A stretch of 64,000 bases of DNA from Desulfomonilia bacterium (GCA_963664325.2 CAXXDQ010000003.1:288001-352000), one strand, 5' to 3'. Shown: positions 20,850-30,624, counted from the first letter of the stretch. Notes: generated from the letters alone by a model not told the origin. Translations and numbers: made by a program.

Positions 20850-21251
20850 CTAATAAATGGCTGGTACGCCGGATATTATCTTGTTCATCCGGTCTGCAAG
20901 AGAGGCCAATCTAAGTGCTCTGGCCATGTTGCCCTTCAACTTGAGCTTGCCCGTCATAAGCGCACGCTGGCTCCCGAGTTCCGCCCGGGAGATTTTTGCA
21001 AAGGTTTCATATTCACCGCTTATGGTGAATTCTGCCTTAGGGGGTTCTCCGGTTCCAGTTTCCACCTTTGTCACGGCACCGTTGTCGCATTGTATATAAA
21101 GGAATTTTTCCCCACCGCTGGGACAGTTTTTGTAAATGTTGGACATTGATGTTGACACATTGTTCATTTTTTCCGGCGGTAACTCAGCTTTCAGTCTCTT
21201 GAGAACTTCTTCTGCCCAGGAACTGCTCAGGTATATTAGATTTTCGCTCAT
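20850..21251 (-). CDS. SCP2 sterol/lipid-binding domain protein
   Basis: AEFTISG..RALMTGKLKLKGNMARALRL. Confidence 0.85.
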   Translation of the reverse strand: MSENLIYLSSSWAEEVLKRLKAELPPEKMNNVSTSMSNIYKNCPSGGEKFLYIQCDNGAVTKVETGTGEPPKAEFTISGEYETFAKISRAELGSQRALMTGKLKLKGNMARALRLASLADRMNKIISGVPAIY

Positions 21252-21349
21252 AAATATCCTCCTTTTATCTGTTCTGGGTAAATTCTTTTCAGGGAAACAG
21301 TATATAATAAAATTAAAGTTTTTTCTTATAAAATACGATTTGTTAAAAA

Positions 21350-22720
21350 ATGGCGCATATACTGATAGTAGAAGATGATATCAACCTTGGGCAAATGCTG
21401 TTCCAGGAATTCAAGTCGCAGGGTCATGATGTCGAACTGACGGCTGATGCAGAGGCAGCTCTTCCTAGAATCAACAAGTATATCTATGATCTCATGCTTA
21501 CGGATATCAAACTTCCGGGGATGGACGGTCTGGAACTTCTAAAGCAGATCAAGACTGTAAGTCCCACTACGATCGTGCTTGTGATGACCGGCTATGCATC
21601 TGTGGATACGGCTGTTCTTGCAATGAAAAACGGGGCTCAGGATTTCATTCAGAAACCCTTCGGATTCCATGAGATCAATCAGAAAATTGAAGATGCACTT
21701 TCAATAAAGCGCATGAAAAATGAGATCGATTATCTCAGGCATACCCGGGAAGACCTGATTTACCGTACTTCCAACATAATATCAGAAAGCAAGGCGTTCA
21801 AAAGAATTCTTTCGCTGGTTGGAAAACTTGCAAATGCCGACTCCACGCTTCTCATTTCCGGGGAAACGGGTGTCGGGAAAGGTCTTATAGCAGGTGCAAT
21901 ACACTATAACTCACACAGGTCAAGAAACAACTTTGTTCAGGTAAACTGCGCAGCCCTTCCTCTGAATCTTCTGGAAAGTGAACTTTTCGGACATGAAAAA
22001 GGTTCATTTACCGGAGCTGTAAAAATGCGTATAGGCAGGGTGGAGCAGGCAAACATGGGAAGCATATTTCTGGACGAGATAGGTGATATGGATCTATCGC
22101 TTCAGGCGAAGATACTGCGCGTCCTTGAAGAGCGGGAAATTGAGAGAATAGGCGGTACAAAAACAATTAAAGTGGATGTCAGGGTTATTGCGGCAACCAA
22201 CAGTGATCTTTACAGTCTTGTGCAGGAAGGCAAATTCAGGGAAGATCTCTTCTATCGTATAAATGTTGTAAATATCCACATTCCACCGATAAGAGAAAGA
22301 AAAGAGGATATAATCCCTCTTGTCAGATATTTCATGCGTAAATATTCCCAGGAGTTTAGCAAACCGATCAAGGAAATTGAAGAAAAGGCAATGGAGCTTC
22401 TTTTAAATTATGACTGGCCCGGAAATGTTCGTGAAATCCGCAACTGTATTGAAAGGGCCGTTTTGCTTTCTGAAGGGGAGTATATAAAAACAGTGGACAT
22501 AACAATAAATCCCTCAACAAGAGCATCTGAACAACACTCTGAAAACCCGTCAATGTCAAGCCTCGCCATCAGCGAAAAAGAGATGGTCCTCCAGGCATTG
22601 AAAAAATATGATTGGGTTCAGAAAGATGCCGCAAAATCACTTGGAATAAGTAAACGGGTTATGCACTACAAGATACAGAAATATGGTATAACCCATCACA
22701 GATGGCTCAAGAACCGATAG
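21350..22720 (+). CDS. Sigma54-dependent response regulator (REC-AAA+-Fis HTH)
   Basis: GETGVGK, ESELFGHEKGSFTGA, FLDEIGD, WPGNVRE. Confidence 0.95.
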   Translation: MAHILIVEDDINLGQMLFQEFKSQGHDVELTADAEAALPRINKYIYDLMLTDIKLPGMDGLELLKQIKTVSPTTIVLVMTGYASVDTAVLAMKNGAQDFIQKPFGFHEINQKIEDALSIKRMKNEIDYLRHTREDLIYRTSNIISESKAFKRILSLVGKLANADSTLLISGETGVGKGLIAGAIHYNSHRSRNNFVQVNCAALPLNLLESELFGHEKGSFTGAVKMRIGRVEQANMGSIFLDEIGDMDLSLQAKILRVLEEREIERIGGTKTIKVDVRVIAATNSDLYSLVQEGKFREDLFYRINVVNIHIPPIRERKEDIIPLVRYFMRKYSQEFSKPIKEIEEKAMELLLNYDWPGNVREIRNCIERAVLLSEGEYIKTVDITINPSTRASEQHSENPSMSSLAISEKEMVLQALKKYDWVQKDAAKSLGISKRVMHYKIQKYGITHHRWLKNR

Positions 22721-24566
22721 CCTCTATAAACACTGGTGTCATTGATGAATCAAGCTTGGTTCCGGACATCATATAAAGCTCTCGGATTGCCTCATCCTGC
22801 ATCTTCTGCGGTCTGTATAGTCTAGGTGACATCATGGCATTATACGTATCCGCAATCCTTAAAGCCCTAGCGCCAATGGGTATTTCAGATCCTTTCAAGC
22901 CCCTTGGATACCCTGATCCGTCCATGTTTTCGTGGTGGTGCTTTAAAATATCATCATCGCAGTTTAACACACAGGCATCCTTAAGAATATTTGCGGAGAT
23001 GATAGGGTGCCATGATATTTTCTTTTTGTCATGGGAACTCAGTTCATCCTTTGTAAGAATGGAAGAAGGCATACCCATATAACCTAAATTTGCCGTAAGG
23101 GCGGAATTAGCCCAGCGGGTTGCATCTTCTTCTCTCATCCCCAAAGAAGTAGCAAGTGTAAACATATGATCAGCAACTTTCAATGAGTATCCGATCGGAT
23201 AACCTGCCTTCATGTCTGAAAGAATGGAAAATACACTCAGGATTGACTGACTCCAATCCTGAACATCGGTTGACAGGCCCTTTATATATGCCCATGAAGG
23301 GGAAATATATGTAACAAGCCATTTATATATCTCTTCCGACAAACCTTTATGTTTAAAGAAACCTAGATCTGCATTTCCCCATACCAGAAGGTCACCTGGA
23401 GGGGTGCTCCTTAACTGGATTTCTTCAGCCTGACACTGCAGTTTGAGGATATCGATAAACTGATTGAATGTTTCAGGCCCTGGGGATAGGCTCAACACTT
23501 TTTTTACAGGCAATTCTGCAGAGAGATTGCTCGTCCGGATGGTTCCGGTCTGAAGGAAACATGCACATTTGAGGCAGTTTTTTTGGGCATAAGTAACTGC
23601 CTGATGGACGGCATTTATTAGGCCTTTTATATCCTGCGCTTCGTCCGGCATTGATGCTATTCCGATATGCATTGAAAGCAATAGATTTTCTTCCAAACCC
23701 CGGGATGCTTTTTCAATGGCTATCCTTGCCTGTTCTGATGTACATCCTGGCAGTATAACAAAAAAACTCATGTCCTCATATCTGATTATATTATCATAGC
23801 ACCTGAGAGATTCTTTCAGTTTTCTTGCCACTTTCCTTAGCGATGATATTCCTTCGAGGACCCCATTGCTGAATCCGTTTTTTTCCAATTCGTTCATGGT
23901 CACAAGCGCAATGCTCATAGGATATGAAAGTCTTCTGGCTTGTTCTTCATATTGATGAAGTATTTCTAGCAGAACATCCCTGGGTTTTATGTCCATTTTC
24001 ATATCTATGTGGTCTCCAATTCTTTTTCCATTGCCAAGGGCATCCCTGAATGTTCTTTCAGACAAAAGGACCACCTGTTTTACAAGTGCCAATTCGGTCG
24101 GGTTAAAAGGTTCTCCTTCTTTCCTGTAAAGCTCAAGACATCCCACCGTATTTGAATCGAGGTAAAGGGGCAGTGCCATCATCGACGAAAAAGAAAAGGG
24201 TATGTCATCCTGCTCAAGCAGGGTTTCTGTAATATCTCTGATCAGAACATGTCTTCCGGTTTTTTTTACTGTATGGGTGAACAGATTACCTTTATCAAGC
24301 GATTTGGGGACGTTTCCCTGAATTCCCCTGCAGAACCACATATCCCATGGCTCCCATATATAAACAAGAGCTGTATCGAAGGATGTCACCTGTTCAATTA
24401 CATATGAAATGATATCGGGAATTTTATCTCTTCTTACTTCCAGTCCTTCGAACAGGGAAACTTTGAAAATATGAGGTATGGCATGGGCGTTTTCCCTGAT
24501 GAAAGCTGGAGTAAACTCCTCAACATTTTCAACAATGAAATCATCCAGTAAATTCTCTTTATCCAT
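22707..24566 (-). CDS. GAF + degenerate GGDEF + degenerate HD-GYP protein
   Basis: HHENMDGSGYP and IPIGAR..IADTY retained; GGDEF site reads RYEDMSF; HD site reads TANLG. Confidence 0.75.
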   Translation of the reverse strand: MDKENLLDDFIVENVEEFTPAFIRENAHAIPHIFKVSLFEGLEVRRDKIPDIISYVIEQVTSFDTALVYIWEPWDMWFCRGIQGNVPKSLDKGNLFTHTVKKTGRHVLIRDITETLLEQDDIPFSFSSMMALPLYLDSNTVGCLELYRKEGEPFNPTELALVKQVVLLSERTFRDALGNGKRIGDHIDMKMDIKPRDVLLEILHQYEEQARRLSYPMSIALVTMNELEKNGFSNGVLEGISSLRKVARKLKESLRCYDNIIRYEDMSFFVILPGCTSEQARIAIEKASRGLEENLLLSMHIGIASMPDEAQDIKGLINAVHQAVTYAQKNCLKCACFLQTGTIRTSNLSAELPVKKVLSLSPGPETFNQFIDILKLQCQAEEIQLRSTPPGDLLVWGNADLGFFKHKGLSEEIYKWLVTYISPSWAYIKGLSTDVQDWSQSILSVFSILSDMKAGYPIGYSLKVADHMFTLATSLGMREEDATRWANSALTANLGYMGMPSSILTKDELSSHDKKKISWHPIISANILKDACVLNCDDDILKHHHENMDGSGYPRGLKGSEIPIGARALRIADTYNAMMSPRLYRPQKMQDEAIRELYMMSGTKLDSSMTPVFIEAIGS

Positions 24567-24660
24567 GGGCCTGTAACCTCAATTATTTATATAAAAAACA
24601 TTCAGATTCTATAATCTTTTCATGTTTAAGCACTATCATGCTCCTATAAAAAAAGAAATT

Positions 24661-24676
24661 AGCAAACATGATGCCA
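24661..24676 (-). promoter_or_regulatory. Sigma54 (-24/-12) promoter TGGCATCATGTTTGCT
   Basis: GG-N10-GC with flanking TGGCA/TTGC consensus, about 95 nt upstream of ATG 24566. Confidence 0.75.
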
Positions 24677-24692
24677 TAAATTGGTTAGATTG

Positions 24693-24705
24693 CAACTAAT
24701 TGATT
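24693..24705 (-). promoter_or_regulatory. IHF-binding-site-like sequence AATCAATTAGTTG
   Basis: Exact match to WATCAANNNNTTR just upstream of the sigma54 promoter, in an AT-rich tract. Confidence 0.5.
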
Positions 24706-24813
24706 ATATTAAAATTAGAAAGTGATTAGTGCAATAAACAATGTTAATACTTTGCCATGAAATTTCGAATTATGCAATTTTTTATCTTCTTTTAAGGCAA
24801 TATATTTCACATC

Positions 24814-26361
24814 CTAATTAGCTTTTCTCTGATAAAGAATCTTTGCAAGTCTTATTCCTGAAATATAAAGCACTGTGAAGTATGTGACAGTTCCAGTCAA
24901 AATGCATCCTGAAAGCATTACAAGGCTTTTCATGTTCAACCCAGTATGCCAGAAATTATGTAAGGTTAACAGAAATAGCACGATCCCCATAAGACCTGAT
25001 GCTGAAAGTATTTTCAGGCAATCTCTGTACAGGGGCCTGCCGAATCTTATTTGCTTTTTTACAAGGACAAAATGGAAAACGATAAGCTGGAAAAGAACAG
25101 ATAAGCTGCTTGCAAGGGCAATTCCTGCATGTCTCATGAAAGTCATCAGCAGCAGGCTTAAGATGATATTTACTATAAGGGCAATCCATCCGATATTAAC
25201 AACGGTTTTTGCCTCCTGCATTGAATACAAAGCCTGATTCAAGATACGGACATAACCGATTGCCCATAGAGATATTGAATACATTTGCAATGCGTAGGCA
25301 GTTTCTCTTGCATCTGTAATTGTAAAGGCGCCTCTCATAAAAAGAACAGTCGTGACAGGTTCTGCCAGTATAATCAATGCAATAGAAGAAGGGACCGTAA
25401 ATACGAGAACCATGACTAAGGCGCGTGTTATAAGTGATGAAAGTTCGCTGTTGTCCATGCGTGCAGACGCCGTGCTCATTGCAGGAAGCATAACATTACC
25501 AACAGCAAATGCAAAAATACCCAGCGGGAGTTCCAGAAGCCTTTGGGCATAATATAAAAATGAGATGCTGCCTGTTTTTAGAAACGAAGCTAGTTGCGTT
25601 CCGACAAGAACGTTTATCTGGTAAATGGATGCGCCTATTGCCGCTATTCCCATTAATCTTGTCACCTGCCGTATATTTTTATCCCTGAAATCAGCATTGA
25701 ATCTAATAGGAACTTTGTATCTTTTAAGTGGCGGCAGTTGCAGGAGTACCTGAGCGACTCCTCCAGAGATTACTCCCCATGCAAGTGCATCTGCCGGGGA
25801 TGAAAAGAATGGATACCAGACATAAAATAGTACAGGGATTCCAATCATAAAAATGTTCAACAATATAGGAGCTCCGGCTGGTGCAGCAAAATGACCTACG
25901 GAATTCAGAATTCCCATAAAAAGAGATACTATCCCTATAAGAAGAATAAATGGGAACATTATCCGGGTCAGATGAACGGCAACCTGAAAATCTCCTGTGT
26001 TAATTTTTCCAAATGCCAGGAGGGCGACAAGCCCAGGGGCAATTAATTCTCCGAGGATAGTGATGATGACAAGGCTTATGAACATGAGGGTGAAGATGCT
26101 TTCGGCCATCTTGAATGCCTTTTCAAGACCTTCTTTTTCCTTTACCTCATTGAATACTGGAACAACGGCAATAGTTATCGCACCTTCTCCCATAATTCGT
26201 CTGAGGAGATTGGGTATCCTGTAGGCAATAAAAAAGGCATCAGCGAGGCCTGTGGCTCCTAAAAGCCAGGCAGTGACCATGTCACGTACATAACCTAATA
26301 TTCGGCTAACGCCGGTCAGGCCTCCAACAGTGATTATATTTCTACCGAATCGCTCCTTCAT
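24814..26361 (-). CDS. murJ: Lipid II flippase MurJ
   Basis: SRILGYVRD, DAFFIAYRIPNLLRRIMGEGA, RLLELPLG; many TM helices. Confidence 0.95.
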   Translation of the reverse strand: MKERFGRNIITVGGLTGVSRILGYVRDMVTAWLLGATGLADAFFIAYRIPNLLRRIMGEGAITIAVVPVFNEVKEKEGLEKAFKMAESIFTLMFISLVIITILGELIAPGLVALLAFGKINTGDFQVAVHLTRIMFPFILLIGIVSLFMGILNSVGHFAAPAGAPILLNIFMIGIPVLFYVWYPFFSSPADALAWGVISGGVAQVLLQLPPLKRYKVPIRFNADFRDKNIRQVTRLMGIAAIGASIYQINVLVGTQLASFLKTGSISFLYYAQRLLELPLGIFAFAVGNVMLPAMSTASARMDNSELSSLITRALVMVLVFTVPSSIALIILAEPVTTVLFMRGAFTITDARETAYALQMYSISLWAIGYVRILNQALYSMQEAKTVVNIGWIALIVNIILSLLLMTFMRHAGIALASSLSVLFQLIVFHFVLVKKQIRFGRPLYRDCLKILSASGLMGIVLFLLTLHNFWHTGLNMKSLVMLSGCILTGTVTYFTVLYISGIRLAKILYQRKAN

Positions 26362-26395
26362 AATGCCTGTATGGAGGCCAAAATATTCACCATTC

Positions 26396-27097
26396 CTATT
26401 TTGCAAGTACCTCTGCTCTTACCGGTATGATTTTTTCAGGCAGGTTTGGGATATTGGTTTTCATGAGTATGGTTCCTTCAATGATTCCGGGATCTTTGCC
26501 TGAATCCAGTTTTAGCAGAAGGTCTTTTGTTTTGCCAGGTTTAATAACAATATTTTTGCTGGGGGAGATGTCTAGATTTAGCGCAGGATTGACATCTATA
26601 ACACTAATAGTCACATTAGTTTTTCCATTGTTTGTAACCTTTACATGCATGTCAAGTTTCGATTTGATAGCTACTTTTCCGAAATTAATAATATATTGAG
26701 GGGTTATGGATAAAATTTCCCTAATGGTCGCATATATGGTCAATATGAAAGCTCCTTTGTTAGGGTCATTTGTCGTGACATTTATCTCTTTTCTATATGA
26801 GTCCCTGAGATGAGCAGTTTTTATTTCCACATTTATCTTTCCTGAAGTTCCTGGCTCTATCGGCCCCACCGGGGCATTGATTTTAACCCCTCAACAGGGT
26901 TTGACCTTTACCTCAAGTGGTTTGTCTCCTGTATTTTTAATAATAAAGTCATGAACAATCGCTTTTCCCTGTGGAATTTCTCCCGCATTGAATCCATACT
27001 CATTAACTACGGCTTTCGGCGTTGCATTTGCCGCAGATGATATGACTGTCAATAGCATTATAGTTGCTATTGCTATAACTCCTTCTTTTTTCAACAT
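26396..27097 (-). CDS. DUF1573 Ig-like exported protein with in-frame UGA at codon 69 (putative selenocysteine, P-C-U-G), 233 aa
   Basis: ORFs 26891-27097 and 26396-26869 are in one frame, separated only by TGA at 26893-26891; signal peptide; FNAGEI..HDFIIKNTGDKPL and IEPG.SGKI..V.TNDP DUF1573 pattern. Confidence 0.75.
26853..26890 (-). promoter_or_regulatory. Candidate bacterial SECIS hairpin
   Basis: GCCCC-GGU-GGGGC apical stem-loop with the loop starting 21 nt after UGA, extendable with AUC/GAU and GGUU/AGCC. Confidence 0.6.
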
Positions 27098-27256
27098 AAT
27101 CCCTCCAATATGTTTTCTGATTTGAAAAAGATTTATACCATAACAGTATTACTGCTTCCAAACACTTTCTCATTTGTTCGTGATAACATGAAGGTTTCAT
27201 GATTTTTATACCGGTATTATTGACTTTTTTGAATGCACAGAATACACCAGATAACA

Positions 27257-28396
27257 ATGAGAGGAAAACTTGAACAGACTAAAGCAACAATTGAATTAAT
27301 ATCAATTGAAGTTGAGAGAGTTGACGCTGAATATAATGAACTCTGGGTAAGTTTTGAATATACATGCCCCGGTGGTGAATATAAATCAGCCATGCCTGTC
27401 CCGACAGGTAATTCAATGGATATGACCAATCATTTTTTCCGTGAACTGACAAATGAGGCAAGACATCTGTCTGAAATGGAAGGAGATGAAAGTTTAATAA
27501 CAAACCTCGTTGTATCTAATAAGGCATCCACGATGCTCCAGATAAAAAATCTTTATCAGCGTGTAATCGAGGCTCTTGACTATGAAGGGATTCTAAGTGA
27601 GAGCGCTTCCTACATTGACCTTTGCACATCCGGTCTTGATTTCAGAACGCCCTCCAACAGCCTTTCTGTCAAAGACTTTGAGGAAAGGTTCAGGATATTC
27701 ATGAGCAGGGCAAAAGACAAAATGTCGCATGGATATTATACAATTGCAGCTGATGACCTGGAAAAAGCAAAGGTCTTGTGTTCAAGCAGTTCCATAATCT
27801 ATAAACTGATCGGTATCTGTCACAGGGAGTTGGGACATCTTGACCTCGCACTTGAGATGTTTTTAAAATCCCTTGAACTTGGTGATAATGACAAAGACAC
27901 TTTCTTATATATTGCAGAAATTTATTTCTTCCTTGGTGATATGGAAAATGCATCAGATATTCTGAATAAAATAATTATTAATTATCCCAACGACAGTCGT
28001 ATTCTTGTCGAGCTTGCAAATGTTTTATACCAGCAGGAAAAGGATTACATGGAAGTAATTGAAAAGGCATTTCAGATTGATCAGGAAGAGACCAGAAACG
28101 CAATTGCCCAAACTTTTGTTTTCAAAAAAAATGGCAATAAAGACTCTAAGAAAATATCGCTGGATAAGGCATCGGAAATGCTTAAGATACCCTCAAATAC
28201 TATAATGTCTCTTGCTGCCAAGCATAAAATTCCGGCAAGGCAGGATGCTTCAACTGAAGGGCTCATCTTTGATGAGAAGGAAATATATACCTGGGCATTG
28301 GTTTACAGGAGGTTTGGCCTGCTCCAAAATGAGATCGAAAGAATTTCTTCTAACTTCAGAGAACAGGACGATAAAGACCTGGCTGTTCTTTCCTGA
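27257..28396 (+). CDS. TPR-repeat protein with a C-terminal excisionase-like (HTH_17) domain
   Basis: TPRs (IYKLIGICHRELG..ALEMF..SLEL); C-terminal ISLDKASEMLKIP..TIMSLA..KIPA..IF...EI..W. Confidence 0.6.
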   Translation: MRGKLEQTKATIELISIEVERVDAEYNELWVSFEYTCPGGEYKSAMPVPTGNSMDMTNHFFRELTNEARHLSEMEGDESLITNLVVSNKASTMLQIKNLYQRVIEALDYEGILSESASYIDLCTSGLDFRTPSNSLSVKDFEERFRIFMSRAKDKMSHGYYTIAADDLEKAKVLCSSSSIIYKLIGICHRELGHLDLALEMFLKSLELGDNDKDTFLYIAEIYFFLGDMENASDILNKIIINYPNDSRILVELANVLYQQEKDYMEVIEKAFQIDQEETRNAIAQTFVFKKNGNKDSKKISLDKASEMLKIPSNTIMSLAAKHKIPARQDASTEGLIFDEKEIYTWALVYRRFGLLQNEIERISSNFREQDDKDLAVLS

Positions 28397-29090
28397 CAGC
28401 AAAAATCTGTCACCTGTTGTTGTTGTCTGTCACGGCATCCCTGGCAGCAAACCTGTTCAAGGCGAGAGAGGATATATCTCTCTTGCAGAGGAGCTGGCAA
28501 ACAATGGGTTTCTCAGTGTAATCTTCAATTTCAGTGGATGCGGGGAATCGTCAGGGAATATTGATCTAAATATTTGGGATAAAGATCTTCGAACCGTATA
28601 TGATTTTGTTTCGGAATTACCCGGGGCGGACAATAATGAAATTCATATGATCGGTTTTAGTGCAGGCGGTGCGATATCTGTAAAGTTCATCATATCGGAA
28701 AAAAATCAAGTTAAAAGCCTTATGCTTCTGGCAACACCGGCGGATTTATCACAAATAATCCCTGGTGATTCAGGACTTATGGTAAGGCATTTCAAGGGAC
28801 TCGGCCTTATAAAAGATGCGGATTTTCCACAAGACATCAATAGGTGGTACAAGGGTTTTTCATCGCTCATGACTGAAAATCTTATACGATGGCTGCCTCA
28901 TGGAACGTCTGTCTGTATTATACATGGAACTGAAGACGAGTTGATTCCTATTTCCCATGCAGAGAGAATATATAAGGCCGCACCTAGTCCCAAAAAGCTT
29001 ATAATACTTGAAGGGGCATCCCATCAGTTAAGAAGAGATGTCAGAGTTCAGGGGATTATCATTGAATGGCTTAGATTACAAAAGAATTGA
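28329..29090 (+). CDS. Alpha/beta-fold hydrolase
   Basis: VVCHGIPG, FSGCGES, nucleophile GFSAGG, IHGTED, GASH; overlaps the upstream gene. Confidence 0.85.
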   Translation: MRSKEFLLTSENRTIKTWLFFPDSKNLSPVVVVCHGIPGSKPVQGERGYISLAEELANNGFLSVIFNFSGCGESSGNIDLNIWDKDLRTVYDFVSELPGADNNEIHMIGFSAGGAISVKFIISEKNQVKSLMLLATPADLSQIIPGDSGLMVRHFKGLGLIKDADFPQDINRWYKGFSSLMTENLIRWLPHGTSVCIIHGTEDELIPISHAERIYKAAPSPKKLIILEGASHQLRRDVRVQGIIIEWLRLQKN

Positions 29091-29112
29091 TACCATGCTG
29101 CGCTTATGAATA

Positions 29113-30423
29113 TCAGCGAATTACAGATCTGGCTCCAACATAGTTCTTTTTGTAATAATTTGTATCCAGTGATTCCACGGTGACCGAATGACCGGGTCTT
29201 GGGGCATGTATAAATTTACCGTCTCCTACATAAATCCCGACATGGGTAATCCTCCTGGGGGCATTTATGTATTTGACTATTTTCTTTCTCGGGTTTTTTT
29301 TGTTTCGTATTTTAATTTTTTTATATGGGGAATTAGTTGAGAAGAAAACGAGATCTCCCTTCTCAAGTTCGTCCTTTTTTCTGGGTATCCCTACATGGAA
29401 CTGTTCCCTGCTGGATCTGGGAAGATTTAACCCCATATCCCTGTAGACTTGCATTGTAAGACCGCTGCAATCCGTTGCACTGCTTGTTGCACCTCCTCTT
29501 TTATAGGGAATGCCCTTGTAGGTGTCTGCAACACTAACGAGCTTTTCCCTTAATTCCGGGTTATCATTAATGGCTGGATCATTCATATTGTCTTCATCTA
29601 TATCTGATTCACTTTCGTTATCATATGAAGCCAGAATGGAACTGCGTTTCTCCTGAGAGTACGCGTAATGGGCATTAACCTTTTCCTTCCTGTTTACTGC
29701 AAGCATACTTTCGTTATGCTTTTTAATTCTTGCGAGTCTCAGATGGTTCTTCTTCTCATTTTTAGCCTTGAGCAGCTTTTTGTTCATTTCTCGTGTTTCT
29801 TTTTTAATCCTTGCTTGAATACCGGGAGGTGCGTTAAAAACCGAACAATAGGTGTTATCAGTAGCAGAAGCAAAAATATTTTCGGATAATTCTTCAGGGT
29901 CCATTCCGGGAAGCGAGGCAAGATTTTCGACTTTCTTTCCAGCCGCACCGTTTGCCTGGGTTTTGCTTTCCGATTTAAACTCTGAAGTAATGCCAACCGT
30001 ATTGGGGTTTATCAAAATTGCTTTCCCAGAATATATAATTTTTCTCTTTGATGATGGTGAACTATACCATATTTCGGTAACAGCTGATTTCTCCCGGTTT
30101 ATTCTGAGGTCGATTTCACCACCTGGCCTGATCCTTTTGATAATCCTCTTGTCAGACTTTTTTGATGCATACAGGGCATCGGCAATGGAAATACCCTGAC
30201 TGGTAAGTATCGTGACAAAGGCATCCCCTTCCTTGATTTTATACGTAATTTTACCTGGAACAGTTTTAGCCTGAAGGGGTATTGTTTTGAAAGTAGCCTC
30301 TGGATTGAAGACATTCTGATTTGCAGCAGGCATTGCATTTGCCTGAACCGCTAATCCAATCAGAAAAAATAAAATATTTATTATTATAAGCCATCCATAG
30401 GACAGCATCTTTGATCTGCTCAC
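29113..30423 (-). CDS. NlpC/P60 (C40) cell-wall peptidase with N-terminal signal and LysM/OapA-like region
   Basis: GIPYKRGG, DCSGL, LPRSS..Q, GDLVFF, HVGIYVG, FIHA. Confidence 0.88.
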   Translation of the reverse strand: MSRSKMLSYGWLIIINILFFLIGLAVQANAMPAANQNVFNPEATFKTIPLQAKTVPGKITYKIKEGDAFVTILTSQGISIADALYASKKSDKRIIKRIRPGGEIDLRINREKSAVTEIWYSSPSSKRKIIYSGKAILINPNTVGITSEFKSESKTQANGAAGKKVENLASLPGMDPEELSENIFASATDNTYCSVFNAPPGIQARIKKETREMNKKLLKAKNEKKNHLRLARIKKHNESMLAVNRKEKVNAHYAYSQEKRSSILASYDNESESDIDEDNMNDPAINDNPELREKLVSVADTYKGIPYKRGGATSSATDCSGLTMQVYRDMGLNLPRSSREQFHVGIPRKKDELEKGDLVFFSTNSPYKKIKIRNKKNPRKKIVKYINAPRRITHVGIYVGDGKFIHAPRPGHSVTVESLDTNYYKKNYVGARSVIR

Positions 30424-30624
30424 AAATAACCTCCAAATAGCCTTTATGATTTATCAAACGATGTTATTCAGGAGATCATGAATTACTAAAATCAATATAC
30501 AACAAGATATATGTATAAGTCAAATTTCAGGAATTGTGTTTATATTACAAGAAGTTGATAGAAAGTAGAACCAAAATTTCAATAATACCCAACCACATTT
30601 TGTTATACAAACTTATATCTCTTG

